Of a stretch of 58,422 bases of DNA, positions 18,171 to 26,591 are shown piece after piece. The stretch lies in NCBI GenBank assembly GCA_027078415.1, contig JALWYX010000034.1, positions 1 to 58,422 on the forward strand. Reading direction: 5' to 3'. Under the pieces are notes generated by a model, which made no database searches, was not told the DNA's origin, and saw nothing but the letters and a program-made list of their open reading frames with translations. Source of the DNA: Thermoanaerobaculia bacterium (GTDB lineage: Bacteria; Acidobacteriota; Thermoanaerobaculia; JALWYX01). A program made the position numbers and the translations under genes. Every line of letters begins with the position of its first letter. The stretch's first letter is position 1.

Positions 18171-19075
18171 ATATCACCCATAACGATCAAAGCTGCAGGA
18201 TAAAGCTTGTTAATCTCTTCCAATATTAGTGAGTAGTAGTTTCTATTTCTAATATATACACGCACAGCTTTTACATCTTTATTAGAGCCATTTTTAACAC
18301 AACTCAATAAACTTTTTATATTTTTCTCAATCTCATATAACTGCCTCCGAGGATCACCTAAATGGAGAGATCTGTGTCCTACTATACTAGCGGTTCCTGA
18401 GACTACAAACACTTCATCCTTAACTAAGGTCGCCCGTGCAAACGAAGGCGGTTTGGGACCATAAATAGGTGGGTAATTATAAGCAGAAACTTGACGTGGA
18501 TTTTCTATATACTTACAGGGAAATTTAGTAGCAAGAAGTAGTACTATAAACTCTTCTCCTTTACTACCAACACCACTAGCTGCAGGAAAACTGTTCCTTA
18601 TAAGTTCCTTGTGTGTAGAAAAGAAATACACAAACGCTCTATTGCGTGCCCTACAAAAGCGTTTATACCTCTCTAAACCGTTATCTATATAATTTATATT
18701 GGGAATTATGTTCCAAAACCTAACTAAGTTTACAAATCCTTCATTACTTACAAAATTTAATAGTTCTATATACAAATCTTTTACATCCTCCTCGAAATCC
18801 TCTCCACTTTTAGCACTAACGGCAGCTCCTAACAAAAGGTAATCAGAATTTTTAATAACAAGAAAACCGTTCTGAGTGTACGTTTTTACAGGTTCTAATC
18901 CTAACCATTTTTCACAACACAGGTCATCTTTTAATAGAGGGAAAGGTAGTCCTATCTCTGGGCTCTGATCGTTCAGATTATAGAAAAATTTATCGCCAAA
19001 TAAAAATGAGACAAAGTCGTATCGTGCGCGTTGGCCAAGATGAAATTCTATACACAACAATTTTCTCTTATCCAT
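18122..19075 (-). CDS. chorismatase, FkbO/Hyg5/XanB2 family (RidA/YjgF-like C-terminal domain)
   Basis: NLVRFWNIIPNIN, GLERYKRFCRARN, PAASGVGS, IENPRQVSAYNYPPIYGPKPPSFARA, VSGTASIVGHRSLHLGDPRRQ, GDICRKELILEIE. The ATG at 19075 gives an ATGGATAA overlap with the polX stop; the track start at 19111 is less likely. Confidence 0.78.
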   Translation of the reverse strand: MDKRKLLCIEFHLGQRARYDFVSFLFGDKFFYNLNDQSPEIGLPFPLLKDDLCCEKWLGLEPVKTYTQNGFLVIKNSDYLLLGAAVSAKSGEDFEEDVKDLYIELLNFVSNEGFVNLVRFWNIIPNINYIDNGLERYKRFCRARNRAFVYFFSTHKELIRNSFPAASGVGSKGEEFIVLLLATKFPCKYIENPRQVSAYNYPPIYGPKPPSFARATLVKDEVFVVSGTASIVGHRSLHLGDPRRQLYEIEKNIKSLLSCVKNGSNKDVKAVRVYIRNRNYYSLILEEINKLYPAALIVMGDICRKELILEIETSLCL

Positions 19076-20807
19076 TTTTTCTACTAAGCCACTTAGCAAC
19101 TGCATCTTCACTCCAACAATTTATACATACTTTTTTATCTATCATAGCTCTACGAGCCACTTTGACACCGTAAAAAGAATTTAGGAAATCTTTTCTAGAG
19201 TGAAAATCGGAATTTATAGCAACTAGGGCACCAACTTCGTTTACAATTTTAAGAGCATCAGAATCTAAATCCAAACGCATCCACTGAGAATTAAGCTCAA
19301 GAGCCACATTGTGGATTTTAGCACACAGGGCAATTTCTCTAATGTCTATTTCTATTCCTTTTCTCTTACCCAAAATCCTACCTCTAGGATGACCAATTAT
19401 ATCGGTAAACCTATTTTTTATAGCTTTAATTATCCTTGCTGTGGCATCGTGAGGAGTTTGATCCAATTTAAAATGTGGTGATGCTACTACTATATCAAGC
19501 ATCGACAAAATATCATCTCCAAAATCCAAACTACCATCTGGCAAAATATCTACCTCAGCTCCCGCCAATATCTTAATACCTTCTATCTTACTATCGGCGG
19601 TTTTTATTCTTTTTATATGCTCTATAATCCTATCTTCAGACAAACCATTAGCCATAAAAGAACTCTTTGAATGATCAGTTATAGCTATCACTTTAAGACC
19701 CTTAGAAACTGCCAAACGAGCAACTTCTTCTATATCGTGCCACCCGTCCGACGCATTTGTATGGCAATGGAAATCTCCTACTATATCGTCAATACTAACT
19801 AGCGGAGGAAGTGCCCCGTCAGCAGCCATATCGATCTCTTCACCACTCTCCCTCACCTCAGGTGGTATAAAAGGCAACGCAAAGTAATTGTATATATCTT
19901 TTTCCTCTAAACCGTAAAACTTAGAAGAAGAGAAAAAGTAAGGATCTTTACAACTAGCTATTTCTTGTAACCGGAGCAAATGATTTTCAGATCCAGTATA
20001 CCTTATAAATTTCCATCCCCTATCATTTTCTCCATATTTAATAAAACGTAGAACTACATCTCTTTTAACTCCTCCTCGAAACACAGCAATTTTATAACCA
20101 CTCTCGTCGAGCCTATTGTATTTAAAATTGCTTCTTATTTTAGCAATAATAGAATCGAAAAAGGTATCAGACGTATAAAGAATAGGAACGTATTGAGAAA
20201 CAGTTTCCTTACCTCTTCTTAGTTCTCCGGCTATTAACACACCTCCTTCACCAGGAGAATCAAAAGGTAGATCTCCAAGTATACCTATTAATAGATCAAG
20301 AACAATCCAAGCAGGAATTTCACTCTTAGAGGTCCACAAAAACTCGACATTCTCTTTAATTTTCTTTGCTTCTTTACCTATAAGTTTTTTAAAACGATCA
20401 AAGCAATCGATATCTTCCAAGCATCTATACAAATCATCAAAAGAAGTAATACCTAGTTCTTTCCACAATTTTCTTATTTTTTTAGGCCCCAATCCTTGGA
20501 CACTGCTGAGTTCTATAAGTGAAATAGGTATCTTACTAAAAACTCTTTCATACTCAGAAAAAACTCCTTCGTTTATAAATTCTATAGCTTTAGCTGCTAT
20601 TTTCTTGCCTACGTATGGCAAAGAGACAAGTTTCTCTTCAAAAAATCTTATAGATTCCGGTTGCTTATCTAGTTCAAACTTGAGTTGCGAAGCTTTTATG
20701 GAGCTACTAGCTCTTCTATACGCTTGCACTTTATACTTATCTTCGCCTAATATATCAAGAGCTACGCTTAACTCACGTAACATATCACAGAAACGTTCCT
20801 TTTTCAT
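19068..20807 (-). CDS. polX: family X DNA polymerase-like protein with C-terminal PHP phosphoesterase domain
   Basis: 579 aa. 8-kDa/HhH region (LPYVGKKIAAKA, VQGLGPKKIRKL), palm-like GELRRGKETV, YTGSENH, PPEVRESGEEI. PHP motifs GDFHCHTNASDG, ITDHS, GAEVDI, IIGHP, NSDFH. Confidence 0.85.
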   Translation of the reverse strand: MKKERFCDMLRELSVALDILGEDKYKVQAYRRASSSIKASQLKFELDKQPESIRFFEEKLVSLPYVGKKIAAKAIEFINEGVFSEYERVFSKIPISLIELSSVQGLGPKKIRKLWKELGITSFDDLYRCLEDIDCFDRFKKLIGKEAKKIKENVEFLWTSKSEIPAWIVLDLLIGILGDLPFDSPGEGGVLIAGELRRGKETVSQYVPILYTSDTFFDSIIAKIRSNFKYNRLDESGYKIAVFRGGVKRDVVLRFIKYGENDRGWKFIRYTGSENHLLRLQEIASCKDPYFFSSSKFYGLEEKDIYNYFALPFIPPEVRESGEEIDMAADGALPPLVSIDDIVGDFHCHTNASDGWHDIEEVARLAVSKGLKVIAITDHSKSSFMANGLSEDRIIEHIKRIKTADSKIEGIKILAGAEVDILPDGSLDFGDDILSMLDIVVASPHFKLDQTPHDATARIIKAIKNRFTDIIGHPRGRILGKRKGIEIDIREIALCAKIHNVALELNSQWMRLDLDSDALKIVNEVGALVAINSDFHSRKDFLNSFYGVKVARRAMIDKKVCINCWSEDAVAKWLSRKNG

Positions 20808-20818
20808 AAATATAGGGA

Positions 20819-22873
20819 TCAGCCTCTCATGGCCTCAAATTGCAATCTAAGCTTGGCAACTTCTGGATCGTCTGGTGCGAGATTTTCTAGAATTCTTAAG
20901 GCTATTTCCGCCTGAGCAAGATTTCCTATAGCAAAAGCAGCTTTAACCATCTTAATACCATCTTCAATCGCTTTTCTCTTTCTATCTTCTTCTTCCAATG
21001 CAACCAATTTAGCAAACATTTCTCCGGTAATTTTTGTATCTTTTACTTTATCTTCCATCTCTATAACAATTTTCCTAGCCTTCCTCCAATCTTTTTTGGA
21101 AATAGCTTCTTCGAAAAGCTTTTCATAATAATCGATTACTTTCTCTTTCTCTTTAGTTTCTATAATTTTCTGTAATTCTTGCTTGTACAAAGATACAGTA
21201 ACTCTCGAAGCTCCCAATTCTTGCAACTCACCAATAAAACGTTGAACCTTTTCAACTTCACCTAGATTCAATGATTGTTTGATTCTCTCTTTCAACTCTT
21301 CCAACTTCCTCTTCTTTTCAAATTCATTTTGCAGATACCTAAATTTCTCTTCAAGCTCTATAGTCACGGTATCAATAGGAGCAAGTTCTTTAAGTTCATA
21401 TATTTTAGCTCTCACCTGATCTAAATTCTCCTCTCTAAGTAGTTTTCTCACTTCACTTTGTATTTCAGCAATTTTCGGTTTCAGTTTTTCAACCCTCTCA
21501 AGTTCAGCAATCTGTTGCTCATATTTTTCCCTCTGGGGATGCTCCGGAACTAGTTCTAATAAAGCCGCTAGAGACATCCTGGCCAACTTATGATTACCAG
21601 TTGCTATATAGTTTTGGAGTATCTCTTCATCTTTCTTTATTCTCTTCTGTCTTTCAAGAGCCTCCTTTTTCTCATTGATCAATCTTCTATATTTTGCAAC
21701 GTCCTCTTTTTTTATACCCCTCTTTTCTAAATAATCAAGGATCTTCTCAGCATCTTCTATCCTATCTCCTTGCAAGGCCAACTTTAGTTGTCCAAAACGT
21801 TGTTCTATAGTCTTCTGTTTCTTACTAACTTTTTTAATCTGAGATAATATCTCATCTTCAAGTAACGAACGCTTGCTGGTAACTCTACGCTTCACCTTTT
21901 TGTTAACTTGTGGTGTTTTTGTAGAGACACTTTTCTTTAGACTACTTAATTCCAAATCTACATTAACACTTAAAGTTTTCTTCTTTTTAGTTGTAGCCTT
22001 TATCTCATCGAGCACACTACGCAAAGCGTTTAGATAAATTGCGGCGCTTCTATATCTATCTTTCCGATCACGTGCCAAGCCTTTCATAATAACCTTTTCC
22101 AAGCTCAGAGGAACTTTTATTTTTGGATTTCTCTGTGAAAGAGGAATAGGATCGGCGCTAAGACGTTGTAAAACAAAGCCGTGATCCGTTTCTGAATCAA
22201 AAGGTAGCATACCTGTGATCATTTCATAAAATACAAGAGAAAAAGAATAGATATCGCTTCTTTCATCCAATTCCTTAGCACCTTTATAACCTGCTTGTTC
22301 AGGTGAACAATACTTGTATTTCCCCATAAAAGTTCCTGGCTTTGTTAATTCTATAGAAGACTCAGACGCAGGAGAGAGTACTTTCGCTAGACCAAGATCT
22401 ATAATTTTGGCTAGGTGTCTACCCCTTGTATCTCGTGTTATTATGACATTATCTGAACTTATATCTCTATGTATTATTCCGTTAGAGTGTATAGCATCCA
22501 AACCGCTGCAAATTTGTATACCTAACTCTAGAGCCAATCTCAGAGGAAATGGACCTCTTACCTTTAGCCAATCTGCTATTGTTTCTCCTTCTACATACTC
22601 CCATACCATATAATAGCGCCCATCTGGGAAAGTAGAAAAGTCATATAAAATAGCTACATTTGGATGTTTTATGTTTATAGCTATTCTTGCTTCTCTTACA
22701 AATCTCTGCACAGCGTCAGGGTCATGTATAAGGTCTGACCTTAGAACTTTTATAATTCTAAGCTGATGCAAATGCTCATGGCGTGCTAAGTAGACACTCC
22801 CCATTCCTCCATGCTGGATCAGTTTCAACAGCTTATATTTCCCTTCTATAATTTTAGGAATACGTTGATGCAC
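20819..22873 (-). CDS. Hanks-type Ser/Thr protein kinase with Lys-rich linker and C-terminal TPR-like/coiled-coil repeats
   Basis: 684 aa. G-loop HGGMGSV, IIKV lysine, catalytic loop HRDISSDN, DLG, CSPEQ. No TM segment. Residues ~361-684 are helical repeats. Confidence 0.85.
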   Translation of the reverse strand: MHQRIPKIIEGKYKLLKLIQHGGMGSVYLARHEHLHQLRIIKVLRSDLIHDPDAVQRFVREARIAINIKHPNVAILYDFSTFPDGRYYMVWEYVEGETIADWLKVRGPFPLRLALELGIQICSGLDAIHSNGIIHRDISSDNVIITRDTRGRHLAKIIDLGLAKVLSPASESSIELTKPGTFMGKYKYCSPEQAGYKGAKELDERSDIYSFSLVFYEMITGMLPFDSETDHGFVLQRLSADPIPLSQRNPKIKVPLSLEKVIMKGLARDRKDRYRSAAIYLNALRSVLDEIKATTKKKKTLSVNVDLELSSLKKSVSTKTPQVNKKVKRRVTSKRSLLEDEILSQIKKVSKKQKTIEQRFGQLKLALQGDRIEDAEKILDYLEKRGIKKEDVAKYRRLINEKKEALERQKRIKKDEEILQNYIATGNHKLARMSLAALLELVPEHPQREKYEQQIAELERVEKLKPKIAEIQSEVRKLLREENLDQVRAKIYELKELAPIDTVTIELEEKFRYLQNEFEKKRKLEELKERIKQSLNLGEVEKVQRFIGELQELGASRVTVSLYKQELQKIIETKEKEKVIDYYEKLFEEAISKKDWRKARKIVIEMEDKVKDTKITGEMFAKLVALEEEDRKRKAIEDGIKMVKAAFAIGNLAQAEIALRILENLAPDDPEVAKLRLQFEAMRG

Positions 22874-22917
22874 TCTCCTACTCTCCCCTTTAAAAGAGTA
22901 TCAACCTTTCCTAAATT

Positions 22918-23502
22918 TTACAATTTATCTCTCTTCATACTAACCAGTTCAGCACAAAAAACGATTCCAAGAGGCATAATTCCTGCTACAAAGTTGATAC
23001 CAACGTCACGCCAATCAAAATACCTATCTGGAATATAGTATTGTATTATCTCATCTACATATCCTCCTAAACCGGTTATACAAGCTGCTACAACGTAAGC
23101 TGTTGCGCGTGTTGAAACCTTTTCTTCTACCGCTTTAAAGATAGCATAAGACAATACACCGAAAAGTACAAAATGTATTTTCTCTTGAATTCTGCCATAA
23201 AATGGGAGTATGACAGAATACAATACCAATCCTACTACCATAGCAAATACAGAAGCTTTAAGAGAATAAACTTTTAAAAGATGTACAATAAAAGCCACAG
23301 CACCGGCAGCTATAAATGCGATCACTACATGTTTAACAACTCCATAACTATAAAAGAAATCAAAAAGTTTGCGTCCAAATATAGAGATTAAAACAGTTAC
23401 TAGATATACTAATACAGCGGCAATTGCCCAGTAATTGTGAAAGATAGGTTTAATCAACTTGCTTCTTGAAAAAAGAAGGAGTATCACTTGTATCGTGTTC
23501 AA
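22918..23502 (-). CDS. VanZ-like membrane protein
   Basis: 194 aa, 5-6 TM, C-terminal YVDEIIQYYIPDRYFDWRDVGINFVAG block typical of VanZ-like proteins. Start uncertain: a TTG near 23457 would reduce the 53-nt overlap with ftsZ. Confidence 0.6.
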   Translation of the reverse strand: MNTIQVILLLFSRSKLIKPIFHNYWAIAAVLVYLVTVLISIFGRKLFDFFYSYGVVKHVVIAFIAAGAVAFIVHLLKVYSLKASVFAMVVGLVLYSVILPFYGRIQEKIHFVLFGVLSYAIFKAVEEKVSTRATAYVVAACITGLGGYVDEIIQYYIPDRYFDWRDVGINFVAGIMPLGIVFCAELVSMKRDKL

Positions 23503-24706
23503 CTATTATATTAGGTTCCTCGCTTTGAGGAAAATGGATATATTCTATCATCTCGTTTGCAAGTTCCGATTCTATGATAATATTGGGGATTTCACCGCTA
23601 TCTTGATTGTTCAAAAAATCATTTACCTCCCTTCGTATTACTCCTAAAGGCACATCAGTTTCATCTACTCTTACATCTATTTGATGTTCGTTTTTTCCAG
23701 ATTGAGCGATATCATATTGAACAGAATTTTCAAATCCTGTGGCTATAACGTTAACTCTAACTTCGTTTGTAAAATTTTTATCTAGTACTATTCCCGAAAT
23801 AATGTAAGCATCCTTAGAAACCATGCTTTTTATAATATCACCTACTTTTTTGAATTCTCCTATATTCATCTCTTCACCGGTCCATATATTGTAAAGAACT
23901 TTAGTAGCACCATCTATAGAACCGTGTTCAAGTATAGAAGAAGATATAGCTGCCTGCGCAGCTTTTACAGCCTTATCCTCTTCGTCTTCTCTAGCTTCAC
24001 CGTAACCTATAAACGTTAGTCCCATACCTTCCAATATTGTCCTTATATCTGCAAAATCAAGGTTCATAACTCCTATATGCGCTATTATATCGCTTATTCC
24101 CTTTACTGCAGTAGTTAAAACTTCGTCAACTTTTTTAAAAGCCTCCCTTACAGAGATTCCGGGATCTACAAAACGGAACAGATGTTCATTATCTATAATG
24201 GTATACGCATCTACTACACCCTTAAGTTCTTTTATACCCTCAATTGCGCAATGTAACCTTTTTTCTCCTTCAAAGGCAAAAGGTTTAGTTACAAGTGCAA
24301 AAGTAAGAGCACCTACTTCCTTTGCTATTTTAGCAAAAACTGGTAAAGCGCCTGTTCCAGTACCCCCTCCCATACCTGCCGTAAGAAATACCATATCAGC
24401 GCCTTCTAAAGCTTTTTTAATGCTTTCAGAACTTGTTTCGGCGGCAGCTTTTCCTTTACTCGGATTACCTCCTACACCCTGTCCTTTTGTAACATCAGAG
24501 GCCAGTTCTATCTTTCTATGGGCTCTTATAACGCTAAGAGATTGTCTGTCGGTATTTGCAGCAATAAGTTCAACACCCCACAAACCTATTTCCATCATCC
24601 TATTTATAGCATTACATCCTCCACCACCAACTCCTACTACCTTCATTACCACAGGAATCTTTATCTCTTCTTTCTCAAGTTCACTACCATCAAACACTAT
24701 AACCAT
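23450..24706 (-). CDS. ftsZ: cell division GTPase FtsZ
   Basis: GVGGGGCNAINRM, GMGGGTGTGALP, C-terminal TPSFFKKQ peptide. The ATG at 24706 has GGAGG 5 nt upstream; the track start at 24718 is a TTG. Confidence 0.97.
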   Translation of the reverse strand: MVIVFDGSELEKEEIKIPVVMKVVGVGGGGCNAINRMMEIGLWGVELIAANTDRQSLSVIRAHRKIELASDVTKGQGVGGNPSKGKAAAETSSESIKKALEGADMVFLTAGMGGGTGTGALPVFAKIAKEVGALTFALVTKPFAFEGEKRLHCAIEGIKELKGVVDAYTIIDNEHLFRFVDPGISVREAFKKVDEVLTTAVKGISDIIAHIGVMNLDFADIRTILEGMGLTFIGYGEAREDEEDKAVKAAQAAISSSILEHGSIDGATKVLYNIWTGEEMNIGEFKKVGDIIKSMVSKDAYIISGIVLDKNFTNEVRVNVIATGFENSVQYDIAQSGKNEHQIDVRVDETDVPLGVIRREVNDFLNNQDSGEIPNIIIESELANEMIEYIHFPQSEEPNIIVEHDTSDTPSFFKKQVD

Positions 24707-24718
24707 ACCAACCTCCAA

Positions 24719-25957
24719 CTATATATACCTATCAAACCACGAGCCAAACTTGCCACCTAACCACTTGAACAAACCTTTACCTTCTTTACGAGCCTCTACC
24801 TTAATTCCATACTTAGCCAATCCTACAGCTACAGCCCATTCAGGCGTCATTATATTCCTACCTTCTATACCTATTGGAGACGCTTTTCTAACAGGTACAC
24901 CGAAAGAATGCCTAATAAATCTAGTTAAACCTTTCAAATTAGAGCCACCACCTGTTATAACTACTCCTCCAGTACCTATATAGTTTCCAATCTTCCTAGC
25001 CTCCACAATCTCTTTCCTTATTCGCTCTCCTATCAGGTGTTCTGCCCTAGATACAAGCACTTTATTAACCTCTGTAACATTCAAAACGGTATCTTCATCT
25101 ATAGGAATCACATCGTTAGTTGAAATTCCACTTATATCACCGTAACTACACTTAATTTTTTCTGCAGTTGAAAAATCTATCCCAAATACTTTAGTTAGAT
25201 CGCTTGTAAAATCCCATCCTCCTTGTCCTACTACACCGCTTACAATAATACCATTTTTGTAAAATACCGCGTACTGAGTGGTTTTACATCCTATATCCAA
25301 AAGTAACACTCCCTCCTTACGTTCTCTTTCTCTAAGAACAGATTCCGCTGCTGCTATTGGTTCAAAAACCACTTCTTTAACTCCTATACCCACAGAATTG
25401 ACACAGTTGCGAATAGAATCGAGAACAACTCTTGGAACAGTTACTATATAAGCGTTCACTAAAAGGTTTCGACCTGTAAATCCCACAGGGGACTCTACAG
25501 TATTCCTTTTGTCTATTACAAAATTTCTCGCTAATACATGTAGAATCACTTGGTCACCTAAAAACTTCTTCACCTTAGTTGACTTAGTTAACCAAGTAGC
25601 AAATTTTTTTTCAGCCATCTCTAATACTTTATTCACATCATTTTCGTTAAAACGGGATACTTCACGCTTCTTTATCTCAACCACCATAGGAGTTGTTATC
25701 ATTACCGTTGGTGAAATACCGATATAAGCGGTTTCAATCTTAGTTTTAGCACTTCTTTCTGCCATGCTTACAGACTTTTTAATACTTTTTATTTCGTCTT
25801 CTGTATCTATAGCGCCCCTGGTTACACTCTTAGCAGGAACTATTCCATAACCCAAAACATTAATTTTATCTTGATCTCCAGGGTCCTTATGAACCACTAC
25901 AGTCTTAATACTTCTATTACCTATGTCTAGAGCTGCCACATAACTAGCGGTAACCAT
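24719..25957 (-). CDS. ftsA: cell division protein FtsA (actin-like ATPase)
   Basis: ALDIGNRSIKTVV, LLDIGCKTTQYAVF, VVITGGGSNLKGL. Sits between ftsQ and ftsZ. Confidence 0.95.
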   Translation of the reverse strand: MVTASYVAALDIGNRSIKTVVVHKDPGDQDKINVLGYGIVPAKSVTRGAIDTEDEIKSIKKSVSMAERSAKTKIETAYIGISPTVMITTPMVVEIKKREVSRFNENDVNKVLEMAEKKFATWLTKSTKVKKFLGDQVILHVLARNFVIDKRNTVESPVGFTGRNLLVNAYIVTVPRVVLDSIRNCVNSVGIGVKEVVFEPIAAAESVLRERERKEGVLLLDIGCKTTQYAVFYKNGIIVSGVVGQGGWDFTSDLTKVFGIDFSTAEKIKCSYGDISGISTNDVIPIDEDTVLNVTEVNKVLVSRAEHLIGERIRKEIVEARKIGNYIGTGGVVITGGGSNLKGLTRFIRHSFGVPVRKASPIGIEGRNIMTPEWAVAVGLAKYGIKVEARKEGKGLFKWLGGKFGSWFDRYI

Positions 25958-26591
25958 AAGTAAGTTCCCCCCTTCCCCTTAAAATAACTCCACTAGGTGC
26001 CCTAAAATCTATCTGCGAGAAATAACCCTTAGCTATCGAGTAAAAATCTTTTAAAAAATTCAACTGTTCATCCAACTCCTTTTGAAGAAACCATACAGTT
26101 ACAGAGTCCTCCGTAAAAACCTTTAACGTTTCCTCATCAACGCAGGTTACTCTTACTATTTTTGTTTGCATCCTCTTCAAGATATAAGCAATAACAGAAA
26201 AGATATCATGATCAAACCAACAAACTACCTTAGGTAATTTTTCGTCTAGATTATCAGCTAATCCAATAACGGAACCTTTATCAGAAATCAGATAAAAATT
26301 ATCTTCTATTTTCCAGATAACTAAAGGTTTTTTCTCATAAATAATTATTTTTACTTTATCTGGAAAAATCTTTCGTATCTCGCATCTATCTATCCAACCC
26401 GAAAGATTACTGACCTTTTCAACATCCTTTCTACTTACAGTAAACATATTCTTACCAACTAAGTACTCAGTAAATAGGCTATAAAGTTCTCTTTCGTGAG
26501 TACCGTCAGTTACAATTTCTACATCTTTAACTCTATACTCGATACAGTTTAACAACGACAAAAATAAAAGTAGTGTACTCAAAGTTCTCAT
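25944..26591 (-). CDS. ftsQ: cell division protein FtsQ (short, POTRA-containing)
   Basis: 215 aa. One N-terminal hydrophobic anchor, then a POTRA-like start (RVKDVEIV). ATGA overlap with murC. Called mainly from synteny. Confidence 0.75.
   Translation of the reverse strand: MRTLSTLLLFLSLLNCIEYRVKDVEIVTDGTHERELYSLFTEYLVGKNMFTVSRKDVEKVSNLSGWIDRCEIRKIFPDKVKIIIYEKKPLVIWKIEDNFYLISDKGSVIGLADNLDEKLPKVVCWFDHDIFSVIAYILKRMQTKIVRVTCVDEETLKVFTEDSVTVWFLQKELDEQLNFLKDFYSIAKGYFSQIDFRAPSGVILRGRGELTYGYR

Noticed and set aside
24198-24983. 261-aa plus-strand ORF antisense to ftsZ/ftsA (P/S/T-rich)
   Set aside because: It lies entirely inside two unmistakable, motif-complete minus-strand genes. Its low-complexity P/S/T/A composition is what the reverse complement of Gly/Gly-Thr-rich FtsZ codons would give. 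It has no SD and no recognisable family.
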